Below, one piece after another: positions 38,701-53,719 of a DNA stretch of 64,000 bases. Source of the stretch: Geosiphon pyriformis uo1 (Eukaryota > Fungi > Glomeromycota); the NCBI GenBank assembly GCA_016748015.1, contig JAAOMT010000496.1, forward strand, positions 53,022-117,021, read 5' to 3'. The notes beneath the pieces were generated by a model. It did not search any database and was not told the DNA's origin. It saw only the letters and a list, made by a program, of their open reading frames with translations. The position numbers and the translations under genes are program-made. Every line of letters starts with the position of its first letter. The stretch's first letter is position 1.

Positions 38701-40929
38701 GAGTAAGTTGAGCTCAAGCTGAATTTGAGCCAGAATTTTTAAAGCTTAGCTTAGTTTTATTAACTTATATATAATTGTGTTATGTGAATAATATGTCTTA
38801 AACAATTTTATGAACATTACCATTTTTGTGCAAAACTAATAGATTATAACATATTATCAATAATAATGGATCAGTTTAGGGCTTAAGTTTAACAAAGATT
38901 ATTTAAAAATAACGAAAGATTATTCTGCACTTATTAAATTTCGAAAAAAAAATGCTTTCCAAATTGTTTTTAATAATAAAATATAATATTATGCGTTTTC
39001 TACATGTGACCAGGCACTCGGAATTATTTCCAATTTATAATATGTATAATAATTTTTTAAAAAACTATTATTTAATAAAGAAAAACTTTTTTAAGAATTT
39101 GCTACAAATTTTTTATTATTACTCTCTTATCAGAAAAGAAAAATTTGAGAAACTGCCTTCATAACTGAGTTTATTTTTTACTATTTCGACTTTTCGACCT
39201 TTTTTTACAGCAAAATTAGCATACATACAATATAAATCATTCACAAATAAACCAGCCTTATCTCTTTCAGCTTTCGAATGGGTTTTCATTAAAATATTTT
39301 GCCTGTTTTCTTCTTCCTTAATTATTTGTTATTGAATTTATTAATAAAAGCAATTGCAACAAAAAATAAAAAATTTATCAACCAAAAAATTTCAATATTA
39401 ATATAATAAATACCCAATAAAATTCAAATTAATTAAAAAATAAAACAATATAAAATATTTTTTATAACTATTTTCAAAATTGAATTGTTTTATAAGATAA
39501 ATAATAATTACAAAACATGAAGTAAAATTTTTATTGAAATTATTGCTGTTATATTAACTTAGTTGATTTGTAATAATATTTTATTGTTTATTTTAAAAAC
39601 TTGTTAAATAAAACATTGACCTGATAATTAATTTTATATGCAAAAATAGTGTTAAAGTTTTTAATCATTAGACTTTAAATTATAAACTGTTTTTTTTGGC
39701 TTTAACAAAACTTTAATGTTTTGATTTATTGTTTAATTTGATTGGTTAGTTTATTGTTATGTGCTCAAATTACCTGGTTAACTAACTGTAAAAACTCAAG
39801 TCTAAAATTTGATTTTAAAATAAATTTTACAAAAAAGCCAATTTATGTTTTATTTATAACAATATAAAAAAATTTACTAATACAAATTTTTATTACAATA
39901 AAACAGATAAAAACATTAATAAGTAATTAAAATGAATAAAAAACAGTTTATTTATAAATAAATTATTATTAAAGCAAAAATATTTCAAGCCATTTTAAAT
40001 GATTGCTCATTAATTTTTGAATTTTTATAAGTTTTTTTTTGTTTTTTAAATTATCTTTAAAAGTAATAAATTTCAATTTATTTTTAATTCAAAAGTATTA
40101 AATAATAAAAATATTATATCACCATAAATTTAGTTTTATATTTTTATAATATAAACAATCTTTTGTCAAATCTTCAAATCTAATTTTAGTTGCCAAAATA
40201 CAACAGATAATTTTTTGATGTGTGTTTAACACATTTATTCTTATATTTTTTATTTTTATTACTTATATGTTAAAATATTTTAATAAATATTATTGTTTGA
40301 TTCAAAGTAAACTAAAACAAAAGTTTTGTAAATATTTCAGTTTTTAATAATGTGATTTTCTCAATATAATTAATTTATATTTCACGAAATTGCTTTATTG
40401 AAATAAAGATTTTTTCATGATAAAATTCATTAAACTGTTTCTAAACAATGTTAATTAAATTGGTGTATTGACATACCAAAATCCAAGATAAAATTTAAAC
40501 CAATGAGAGCCAAGAAAATTACTTTAAACTTGTTATTAAAGTCTATTATTGATAAAGTAAAGTAATATACCTTTTCTTGATATTAAGAATTTTTTTGAAG
40601 ATGACATTTCGATTGTTACACGAAAAAATCTCATTTAAATTAAAATAGCAATAAAACAATCTCTACCTGTTTAATTAATCTGGCTGAAAAGTTGTGTGTT
40701 TTCAAAACTTTTCCAACATTTCTAATTTTTTCAAGGTCTAGTCTTTTCAGGAATGTGATTAAAGGTTGAAATCTTTATTTATTAGCATAGCAAATTTTTT
40801 TTTTACCCATATAAAATATTCAAGGCTTAATAATCTTCTTGTTTTGGTTGAAATCATGTCTTTAAATTCATTAACTAAAAATACAACTTCAATTTTCAAC
40901 TGACTTGAAAGAACATTGATTGTTATTAA

Positions 40930-43220
40930 AAAAAATTTAGCTATTTTTCCAGTTATTAAATATTCAAAAGTTACTAAATTAGTGAAGAAATATCTTGTGC
41001 ACAATCAGAAAACTGAAAATTTGCTTAATTGTTTGAATAAAAAAAATCCAAAGCATTTGATAAACAATATTTTACTCAGCTTTTCTTTAGAACATGGGAT
41101 TAGAACTATCCCTAATTTAACAAAAACATTTTGAAATATCAGAAAGCAGCAAATCTAAAAGATTTTTTTGTACAATACAATCTTGCAAATTGTTATTTAA
41201 ATAGAAAAGAAATAACAAAAGATTCTGAAAAAACAATTGAACTTTATTCAAAAAAAGCAGAGGTGGGACATTTAAATACACAATACAATCTTGCAGTTTG
41301 TTATAATAATAGAAAAAAAATGATGAAAAATTCAGAAAAAGTATTTAAACTTTATTCAAAAACAGCAGAGGTAAGAGATTTATTTGGACAAATTGCTCTT
41401 AGAGCATATCATTGAATTCGATTAGAAACAATAGAAGATCCAGAAAAAATGGGAAATCCAAGTCCACAAACCAGTATTGGAACATATCATTGAAAGAAAC
41501 GGGAAATAATGAAAATTTTAGAAGAAACATTTCAATTCTATTTAAAAACAGCAGAGATAGAAAGTCAAAATGCACAATATAACCTTGGATAATATTATTA
41601 AAATGAATGGGAAACCACAAAAAACCTCCAAAAAAACATTTAAACTCTATTTAAAAGCAGTAAAAGCAAATAACTTATATTATCTAAGTGATTTTTTTGA
41701 ATTGAATGTTCATGACCTTTTTTTAGACGACCAAAACAATTTGGAAAATATCATTTTACGATTTTAAAATCAAGGATTTACATACTGCAATAATTTGAAA
41801 GAAGAATTTTTAAATTTTGAAGCCTTTTTTGACCAGCTTTCAAATGAATTCAAGTGTTTTAAATATGGCAACTTGGTATAATTATTAATAAATCTTTTAT
41901 ATGTCTATTTTGTAATACTAATAAAAAGAATAATATCTATAAAATTGAATTGCTGAAATGTTTAGAATGTTATAAAACATCAAAAAATCCGCTTTGGTGT
42001 AAATTTTGTGAAAATTCATGATTTGTTAAGATTTGAGAAACATTAAATAGTAGAAATAAAACAATTAATCAGTATATTTCATATATACAATGCTCTTTTA
42101 AAAACTGCAGAGGCTGCCTAGAATGAATTTCTCTCAATGAAATTGAATTTTTAGATAAGGTGGGAGAGAAAAGATTTGGTATTGTTAAAAATAGTAGTTA
42201 GAAAAAAGACAAAATTCTATTTTGGAAAAAAAATAGTCAAAAGTATGAACGAACTAAAGTTACAAAAATTGCTTTGAAATATTTCAAAGATAGTCAGAAT
42301 ATAAAATATATTAATTCAGATAAAATATTTCATTTTAAGAATCTATGTAATTTTTATTACCTTTTTTTAACACTAATTGTATATTATCAAAATGCCACTT
42401 GCAAATACATCTTTAAATGCTATGGAATCACAAAAAACATTATAATTAATAAATATGTTATGGTTTTATTATTTGTGGAACATGAAAATCTCAGAGTTTT
42501 TCTCAAGTTGAACAAAAATATTTTTATTTAGGACATGTTTTTTCATATTCTTTTTCAAATTGCTGGTGGCCTAAAATTTATCCAGGAATCAAAACTAATG
42601 CATGAGAACTTACATCCCGAAAATATCTTTGGTTTGAAAACAAATCTCTTAAAAATTGTTATCTTTGATCTTAGATTCTGTCACCTAGCAAATTACATTC
42701 TACAGTCTAAAAAGATTTATGGTGTTCTTGAGTACTATGCACCTGAAATTTGCAAGAAAAATTATCATACAAAGTATAGTAATATATACAGCTTTGCTAT
42801 TATTCATGTGAAATTATATCAGGAGAAAAACTTTTGAATAATACACATTTTATTTATGTACACTTTGACATAATTGATAAAAAACGCTCTATAATCAAAG
42901 AATATACTTTTCTATATATTTGAGAAATGATTGAAAAAAATTGGCAATATGATCTGTATTATCATAATACTGCAAAACAATTTCAACAAAGTGTTATTGC
43001 TGCTTATAATTATTATAACTTAAATTAACTTATACATAAAAAAATACTTCAACCTAAAGAAACACAAGATGCTATTTGAGATAAAACAAGATATAAAAGC
43101 CTGTTAATTTTAAAACCAAGATTTTCTATAAATAGTAAGTATTTTATTTATTATATTTATTATTTAAAAACTTGGCTCTAAACATCTTTTTTAGAGTTGG
43201 ATTTGGAAATTAATTAAATT
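40930..43220 (+). pseudogene. Sel1-repeat + Cys-rich + TKL-type kinase pseudogene, copy 2 (most complete)
   Basis: ORFs 40916-41134, 41131-41415 (QYNLANCY, QYNLAVCY) and 41570-41767. CLECYK..LWCKFC. Kinase IALKYF, CYGITK, HENLHPENI, DLRFC, GVLEYYAPE, SNIYSFAII. Intron GTAAGT..TAG at 43135-43194. Confidence 0.88.
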
Positions 43221-45399
43221 AGTAATGATAGATTAATACATGTGCATTTTAGTTATACTGACAAAATTTATAAGCATTTTAATAATAAAACAAATGAAAA
43301 TTTTAAGAGGAATCAGTTCTTTATTTATATTTAACTTTATAAATAGTATATACTATCATATATAGTTTTATTTTTAAAAGAAGTTTTACTTTTATTTTCA
43401 AATGTAAGAATTATTGACTGTAAAGCATTTCTTTTTCAAAAATTTTATGTATAAATATTTTGATAGAAAATTTGATATATTAGCTAAACTAATAAATTTT
43501 GCTTTTGTAAACTTCAATATATAAATTTTATATTTCAAATTATTTATAAACTTATAACATTATGCTTTTACTCATAGAAATTGGAAATAAAAATAGATAA
43601 TTTTATAAATATTCTCATTATTGATCAAATAAATAAGAATGATATGTTAATTTATTCTATTCAAAACAACAAACCAAATTATTTTAAAATAAGACATAAA
43701 ATAATTAATATTTTGTTCTAATATAGTTCCAAAATATTGAGACTTAAAAAATTTCTTTAAAACATAACAAATTACATTGGATTTATAATCTTATTGAATT
43801 AATTGATTGATTAGTGCCTATTTTCATATTAAAGTATTGTCACATTAAATATTAAAATGTCAAGATTAATAAAAAAAGAGAATGTATATATTTTTGCTAT
43901 ATTTTTATATTTATTAAATCTTATTAATTTTATTTAAATAGATACTTAATAGGATATTTAATTTATTGAAACTAATTTTTTTCTTTATAACAGTCAGATT
44001 GAATCAAAATTAAAACACAAAGATAATTGATTCATATATATTTCTTTAATCCATATTATTTTTTTAGTGGCCAAATTATTTTAATGTTAAAATTTTTGTT
44101 TTTTTATTAAAATATCTTATTTGTTATTTAAAATATGTTATTTGTTACTGAAAACTATTTGCTTTGTATTTTAACATTTTTCTGTAAATTCAATAAGCAC
44201 TGAATCAAATTTGAATTAGATCAAATTTGAAATTAATTAAATTAAAGTATATTTTTACATAGGGTTAGCTGTCTTTGATTATGAACAAGAAAATTATTTT
44301 GTTGTAAATTTCAAGAGAAATAATCTATAATTCCTAAATTAAAACTTGGTTATATTTTGATTTAAATTGGAAAAATCTAAAGATTTAAATATTATTAAAT
44401 TCTAAATACATCAACAAATGATATTGAAGCTATTTAAATAAAAAAGTCTCATTAATATTTACACTAGAAATGTTTTAATAGTTTACAGCATTTTATTAGG
44501 CTAAAAAGTGGGAAAAAACAAAAGATTTTAAGAATTAAACAAAATTCAGCCAAAATCAAGTTATGATCCTGAAACAAGATGTCAAAATTATATAGTTTGC
44601 AAAAAAAAAATTCATCAAACTGCTACTGATATACAATAGAAAATAAAAAAATAGTATAGACATGATTTAACAATATTTACCTAAAGGTATAATGCTATAT
44701 TTTCCAAACTTTTTATTCTAACAAACATAAAAAAACGTTTAGAATAGGCTAAAAATCATAAAAATTTTGACTGAAATTGAGTTGATTAATATTAAAGTAT
44801 ATTTTACATTTTCAAATAAAATTTATCTATTTATTTTACTGTATATTAAGTTATAAAGCTTCAGTTACTTTTGCAGCAAACTGTAAATATTATTTTCCAA
44901 AAAATAGATTTTTAGATCTTAACTAATATTAAAACCCCCTATTTAGGAAAAATTATATGCTTTTTAAAATAATATTACATAATCATTCTTTTATAGTCTT
45001 TGATTGATAAGAAACATAAAAACACATTTTCTAAGAAATTCTAGTTAAAAAGTTTAGAAACAGTTTTAAATAGCATTTTACTCAAAACACATATATATTA
45101 AGAATCTATGTATAATTCAAAAAATATTAAATTTATAAATTTTATTATCTGTAAGTAATGAGCTAATCTTTTAAATTAATTAGCATGAACTGCAAAAATA
45201 TTAAAATATTAATACATTTCATGAAGACAAAAATTTAATGCAAAAATAATTTAACACAAACAATTAAAATAAATGAATATATGCATATATTATAGTATTG
45301 CTATTGCCTTAAATTTTTCAAAATTAAAAAGTCACAAGAAATTATAATTTGGACTTCAAAAAATTTACTCTGAGATATAAGTAAAAACTAATTTTGTTA

Positions 45400-46900
45400 A
45401 AGAAAAAAAATGGCTTAATATGTTCAACAATTTTGAATGTGTTAGAATTATTCTAAATATCTATGAAATTTAAAGCCAAGGATATGATAATCGAAAAACA
45501 ATATGATTTTAAAAGAGAAAGAATAAAGAATCTTGATATTAAATTATTCATATATAATCCATATAACATGATAGAAAATGCAATAAAAAATTTAAAAAAT
45601 TCAAAAAAATTTTCTTATTACTGTAGCTTAAATATTTAAATGCATAAATATAGCATGCATAGAATTGTAAACTTCAAAATATATGGATGATGTAATTATC
45701 AAAAAGCATTATATTATTAAAATTTATTTCTAAATTTAATAAAAAGAAAAAATAAAGTTTTTATGATTATTTGTGATATTTTTTATACATGGACATAAAT
45801 TATGAAGATTTTTTTTTAAATTAAAATGAACACATTAAAAATTCACTTTTGATGTGAAAGAATGAAAACTTGTTAATATTAAGCTTAATATAATTTCTAT
45901 TAATTAGAAAAAGAAAGAAAATGGCTAATTGAAGCATATAAAATAGTCTTTAAATGATGATGCCACTAAAAAAATATATGGTGTTGACAATGATATGTTT
46001 GGTTTATTAGTAATTAATTGAATTAACATTAAATTTCTTGAAAGACTTGAACTGGTTGTTAATAAGTTGTAAATTTATAGAAGTAAAAAATAACATAAAT
46101 GTTAATATTTTTCAATATCTATAATGATAGTTTAAATTGCTTCTTGTGCTAACTAATAATTTTCATTTGATAACACAACTGTTAAATTCTGAAGATTTTT
46201 ATTGATTTTTTGAATGTGCATCATTTGGAGCAATTGTGTTTGATACTTATTATTGTTTTTGAACTCATTATACATTCTTAAAATAAATGCTAAGGTTTTT
46301 ATTTAGGTAACTTTTTCGTAATTGGTGAGAGTTTAAAGCCATAAAAGAGGCATTAAAGGTTCAAACCATTTAATTATAACTTTTTTAATGAATTCTAAAA
46401 AAATTATTCATCAATTTTTGAAAAATTGATATAACAAAATGCACATTTTTGAGTTATCAAGTATGAAGTTTTGTTTCCAAATTATAAAAAATTTTTATAA
46501 ACATAAGGTATTAAAGCATTTTTGCTGGATTAATTTTGTATGCATACTTCTTTTTTGCAGAGCATAAAATGAATAGTTTTAAGAAAATTATTAAAATTTG
46601 CTAATTAATTACTAAAATTGAACATTTTACAAGTATCATATACTAACAATAAAATTTGGAGCTAGAATAATTATTATTGAGTGATTAAACATAAAAATTT
46701 ACAATCAAGAAAATATCTTGTTTTTTAATGCTAAAAAAATGAAGTTATAATTAATACAGAATTTTAGAACACCTTAAGACCATTGATTAATCATAATAAT
46801 GATATAAAAATTATGAAAGATTAATCAAAAGCTTGTTTTGTAGTGAGTAAGTTAACTTGCCACTTTTGGCATTTATGTTTAAATAAATTAAAAGAAAAAT
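45400..46900 (+). mobile_element. Possible MULE/Mutator transposase relic
   Basis: DDATKKIYGVDNDMFGLLVIN at ~45955-46020 resembles the MULE DAT motif; VLKHFC at ~46510; TNN...VIKHK at ~46642-46695. Heavily decayed, and no TIRs were verified. Confidence 0.35.
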
Positions 46901-49900
46901 ATGTGTGTAAAATATTAGTTTTATTTTATCAATTTTAACCATTAAAAATCAAGAAAAACGAGATCTTAATACTCTTTGTTTGAGTTATTCTCTATTAAAA
47001 AGTTTCAAAGGAATCTAAAAGCAAAGTTTATGAAAGAACTAAAATTTTTGCATGTTATAAACTAAAAAAGATTATGGTAAAGACCTATAATTTACATTTT
47101 CAGAATTTTTGAATATTTTAAATTAAGCATGTATTTAAAAAATTTTGATTCACTATTTCTATTATCCAATAATTTTTGTGATTTAAACACTGTTTATAAA
47201 CAATTTTTAGTTCAGTGTACATTTATATGTTAAAAAAAGTTTAATTTTTGTTGTAGAAATAAGCTTTCAGGTTTGAAATTAGACTTTGTCAAAAGTCAGA
47301 AATGTTTAACAATAATATAAGAATGTGTTTTGTGGTTTACAACAGATATACTAAAAATAAGAAGAAAAAATTCTATAATTTTTTAATAAAACTCAAAGTA
47401 TTTGAAAAATAGAAGCTATTAGATTTATTTTTAATTGAATTATAGTCTTTATTAGGAATGTAATATTTACAATAAAAGCATTATGAAATTTTTTTCTATG
47501 ATAAAAATTTAACAATTAAAATTTAATTGAATTAATTGGTTTCCTTTTAAGATGATTTCTCAAATTGATAAAAAATTAATATTATCTATTTATGCCAGAT
47601 ATTGACTTTCTTTAATTTTGTTTATGTCACCCATAATCTCATTAGATGTAAAATTTAAATTTTTAAAGAATTTGTATTAACACTTTGAATGCATTCTTGA
47701 TCCCATTAAAAAAAAAAAAAAAAAAAAAAGAAAATATTTTGGTGTTCAAATTAAACAGGATTTCCAAATAAACTCAAATGACGACTAAAATATAGATCTT
47801 TATATATGTTTGATTGTTTATTAACTAAAAATGAAAAACAAAGAACATAAAATAAATTGCAATAAGTGGTACAATATTTTAAATAATGTATTGGGACTAT
47901 GATTGATCTAATTCTATTAAATCCTGTAGGAACTAGACAAAGTGTAATTTAATAATTTCTAAAAATGGCATAATAGAACAATTTATTTTTTAGAGCTCTT
48001 GAACCACTATTATTTGTGAATAAACTTAAATCTTATTTTTACTAACTTTAAAAATTCAAAAGCAACTTATTTAAATTTATAATATAATGAAACAAAGTAT
48101 TGATTAAGTTGCCATTATAATATGCACAAGCAATTAAGAAATATAATAACAAATTGAATTTGAGTTCACACATTCATGAAAACCATAAAAATATTTCTAC
48201 ATAAATAAAAATAACTTCATAAATTTGATCTTATTTTTGATAAACAAATATGAAAACCCAAGTGTAAACAAAATATTTTCTTTTTAAATATTTTAATAAG
48301 AACAATTGCCTTAATAAAAATCTTTTATTTTAGAATTTCTGATTTTTCATTCTTGAAATTATTTAGCATTAAGTCAATTGATATCAATGTATTGCCAGTA
48401 AATTTTACTAAAAAACAATTGTATAAAATTTGCATCATTTTTTTTTAATAGTAAAAAAATAAGATAAATAGCTTTAATAATAATAATCATAATAAAATTT
48501 AAGACTCCTCTATAAAAAATTTATTATTTTTTAAGAAAACTAAAAGAAAGTTAATATAAATTGATAGGTTTTAACAATTTAAATTACTTGAAAAGACTGC
48601 TTAATAAAGTTTTTTATTCAAATATTTGGATTGATTTATTTATTGATTATTAATATGTGATTTAAAATTTTAAATATATTATTATTATTTTTTTAATGCA
48701 TATATATTTTAGAAAAATCTGCTTTTTGTAAAACCTATAAAATAATAAATAATCATAAATCAATAAATGTTTATTTAAATAATCAGATAAAATATGTATA
48801 TAAGCAAGAGATTAATTCTTAAAAATTTTATAATCTTATATTTTAACACAATTTCTAACAATAATTTTAGTTTTATTGAGAGTAATCCTAATATGTCAAA
48901 TATAAATTTTTTCTCACAAAACCATAAATTTTCTATATCATTCAATATTGGCCCAAGTAATAATAAAAAATTTAACTATAATAGACTAAATATTACTTTG
49001 TTATCAAACTATGATGAATATCATAGAAACCAGGTATTTAATCCTTAACAACATTTCAATTACTTCAAAAAATCTAAATTTAGGTGAAAGTATGAATCAT
49101 TTGTCCTAAATACTCCAATAACAACATAACCCAAATTTTTATTTAATGTTAGTTCTCTGCTTAATTGTTAATTATAATAAGAAAAAAATATTATTTAACT
49201 TTTAGGTTATAAATTAAGTATCTTAGAAATAATAATGATATGTAAGAATGAGCTTAACTTAGCTTATCTTCAATATTAAATTAATGACAAATAAAATATT
49301 ACAAATTTATTAAATTTTTGACTATGAAATACACAAAATCAAATGCTCTAATAAATAATATAAAGAGCTAATAGACATTTTCAAATTCAATAAAAATCAA
49401 TATTGTATGAATTGTTAAATCATGTTGTCTTTTATTAAGCTGCATCCAAAGATAAGTCTTTCAAATATACTTGTATTTGTAAGACCTAAAAATTAAGAAC
49501 TTACTTTTTTGACCAGATTACTTGCTTTCAGTTTTCAATAGTCCAATTTTTATGTTTTTGGTACAAAGATAATTTGTTGTTTTTAATATATATATTTTTT
49601 AAGTAAGGTTTTTTTTAATTCTTATTTATAAGCCATTAGGCTATAAATGATCTCAACATTGAAATTAATGTTGCTGTTAATTTCTTTTTTTTTGAATTTT
49701 CATTGCTGTTAAATATTCTTAATTAGAAATAAGATTAAAAAATTTTTATTGATCACATTTAGTTAAAAGTTGTGGACATCCAAATCTATATTTATTTATG
49801 AAACTAACAGTTTTATTTTTTAAATTTTTTAAGTATTTTATTATAGATTGTATTAAACCTTTATGAGAAGCAATTTTTTGGTAGAATATTTTTCTTTAAT

Positions 49901-52900
49901 AAAAGTATATATTTTTAAGCATTTTTTTATAGAAATACGATTCATAATAATTTTTTTTATAACAAAAAGATTGTTAATTTATTTTTAAAAATTTTTTTTC
50001 AGGTACAATATATATAATCAAAAAAAAACTCTTCTCTTGAATTATTTATATTTTTATGCATAACATATAGTTTTAGAATTTTTATTTTATTGTTAAGGTT
50101 TATATCTTAACTTTTAATCACAAATCTTTAATTTTTGGTATGTTCTAATTGTTAGAATTTCTCTAATATATTATAGTTTTTGATATCAATAGACTATTTC
50201 TCAAAGAACAACTGCAAAAGTAAATTAAATTTTTATAATGTTTTCAAAAAATCTTATAAATTGCTTAAAAACTCTCTTTTTAATAAAAAATTAATATTTA
50301 GTGAATTATTATTTGAAATAAAAATTTGAAAAATGCAATTAGTAGTTTATTATTTTTTTATAAAATATCTCAATAAATTTCTGAAACATTAATATATAAG
50401 TTTTCATAATAATTGTTTATGTTATAGTTGAAAACTAGTGGGCTTCAAAAACATATTGAATATCTAATAAAAATAAAAATAATTCATAAAGTTACAATAT
50501 TAAGACACAGGTTTTTAAAAAAGTCAAATGCTTAATAGAAACAGAAATTTTTCTTGTTATAAAAGTTGTAAATTGAGTTAAAATTCATTCAAATAAACAA
50601 AAAATACTGGTATAATATCATCATTCTTTTTGTTTTATGTGGTAGCTGTAATTTCTTCCTTATTAAATGTAAGTTAAAATTCAACAGCCCTAATAATAAA
50701 GTTTATTATGTTTTTGAATTAAATTCAAAATAAAATTATTAAAATACTATAAGCTAATAATTATTAATATATTTTTAGAATTTGAGATAAAAATAAACAA
50801 TATATTTTTTACATACCATCAAGTTAAAGCAAAAAAAATAAGCAACCCTTAGTGTTATTAATTTTGAAACAAGTTGCTAATTTTCAGTATTAAAAAGTTT
50901 TTGAAAAATTAAATAATTTTTTATTAAATTGTAATATAATGCTCAAATTATTAATTTTATTATTGAATCTTAGTTTTAATATGTATTTACTGTAAGTTTG
51001 ATTTTAACATATTGAAATTTAAATAATTGAATTGTATAAATTAAACTTTTAAACTTACTGTCACTTACTTGAAATTTTTACTACATATTTGAGATAATAG
51101 TTTTTTTGTGACAGAAAATTTATCAAATAAATATATCACATTATTAAAATACAAAGCAATTTTGCAGATTTAAAAAAAAAAATCACAGTTATCTAATAGT
51201 TAGAGTATTTTTTTAGGAAATTTAAGTTTATTAAATTGCTAATATTTATTAGTAATATGAATGGCTTTATAGTTTATAGACAAAATAAAAAATTGCAAAA
51301 TATTTTATTTTTGTTATTAATTATAATAATGAATTTTTAAAATTTTAAAATTTAATAAATATTTAATAATTTTATAAAACCTGTTTAAAAATATTGATAC
51401 TTTGTTAAATATCTTAGTAGTAAATAATTTAAAAATAAAAATATTTTATTTTAGATTATTATTAATAATTAAACATTTAACAACTTATGTTAACAAATAA
51501 CAAAAGTTTTTTAAAAGCTATTATTGAAAAAAATACAGATATTTATATAATATTTATATATATATTTATTTTATTAGTTAAAAAAGCATATCAAAATTAA
51601 AATTAATTTTATTATATAAAACTTTATAATGTATTAATTTTTGTCAAAAAGATAAATTATTTTAATGTTGTTTAAATATAATAATAAATATAAAATTTTT
51701 TATTAAGAAAAAAATGAAATTTATTTTTAAAGTTAAAAAGTAATAATATGTGTAAATTTATTTTATAAATTAATAAATAGTTTATAATAAATTTTATATT
51801 GTCTTTTTTTATAATTATTATATAATATAAATTTAAATGATATTGTTTTAAGAATTTTTATATGTTTGTTTGTATTTAATCTGTAAATAAATTATAGTAT
51901 ATTTTAGTTTCTATGCATATTATAAAATTGTTATTAAAATATTTTGACTAAAAAAGCTATTAATTATTATTATTTTCATAAATATATAATTAAAAACTTC
52001 TTAATAAAAATAGCCTAATAATTTTTCGTTGTTTAATTATAACAATATTATTATTTTAGGAATAATATTTAAACTGTAATAAATAATTTTTTGAACAAAT
52101 TATTTTAAACAAAAGTTATTTTATTATATTATCATTTTATAATTACAATAATTCAAAAACCAATAAAACCAATAATTTAAACTAAAGTACAATTTTTAAT
52201 ATTTAAATAAAATTTATTATTTGATTAATTTTGGTTTTAATAAAATAAACCAATTTTATAGACTTTTTTTTTTCTTATTTTCATAACTATCACTAGAGCA
52301 AAAGTAAAAAAATTGCAAATATTATTTCTTCTATAATAATTAGTAAGGTTTTTAACACAAGAGATTTTTTTTGTTATAGAAACAGCTAAGCAAAACATTT
52401 AAAAACATTTTTTTTAAATATTAATAATACAAAACTATTTTTGGTAACTTCTAAAACATTTTTTTTTTGGTTAATAGTTCTTTTTTAGTCAAAGTTTTTT
52501 CAAAAGACACATTAGAGTTAATTTCAATGTAACTTTTTTTTAATAGATCCTTATTTTTTTCTTGAATAATTTAGCTTTTAAAATCTTGAAAATTTTGAAA
52601 ATGTATATACATAATGGATTTGAAAAAACTCCAAGTTTAATTTAATAATATTTCAAAAAAATAATTTTAAGATATTTTGAATAATATTAAAATATCTAAA
52701 AGTGATTGCAATATTAATTACACTATATACAATATTTTTTTAATCTACATATTGATATTTAATGACTATTTATAATACAACATGTTATAAATATACAACA
52801 AAATATAATATAATTTAAAAAAGATATTTTTTGGTTAAAAATAACCATTTTTTCAAACATTATTTTCAATTTTAAAAATCTAAGTAATAATAAGTAAAAA

Positions 52901-53719
52901 ACTAAAGACATTCAAAAATAACTATTATTATAATATCCAACTAATTAATATTAAAGTGTTAATATTTCAAAATTATATTAACATTTTTTTTTTATTATAT
53001 TATACAAATACTGGACTTTTTTTAAAATTAAAACTTGACTGAATTTATGAAGAAATAATAGGTTAAACAAACATTTTACTCCAAATGTATTATTATTATT
53101 AAGAGACTTTCAATTATTATATAATAATTTTATATTTGTTTTTATTTATTTAATTGTATTTATCTCAATTTTAAGAATAATAACAATCTGAAATTTCTTT
53201 TAAACTTGGTGAAAATTTAAATTTTTGTTCTTTGCTTAAAATTAAAGTAAGTTGAAATAATTTAATAATTAAAATGCTTTTGCTTATATGAAATTTTTTT
53301 TATTATAAGAATTATTAAGTATTAATTTGTTTACATAGAAATTTTATTTTTTTTAAAAATTCACTTTATTCAATTGTTTTTATAAAAAATTATCAAATTA
53401 ATAAATTAAAAATAACAATTTTATTAATTTAGTATATACTAAAATATGTTTATTATCTTTAACATCTATAAAAAAATTACAGTTGAATACTTCAATCCAA
53501 AAAAATTATCCAATGATTTGCTTTTAAAATGTGTTTATATCTGTTTTAAATCTTTCAACTAAAAAATAATATAAAAAAGTAGATAATATTTTTATAGCTA
53601 AAAATATTATTATTCATCTGTTTCAAAGAATTTAATAGTTAAATATTAATTAAAATAATTCAATACAATCATTGAAATAAATACAAAGTGCTTACTAATT
53701 AGTTAAATCTATTTTCATT

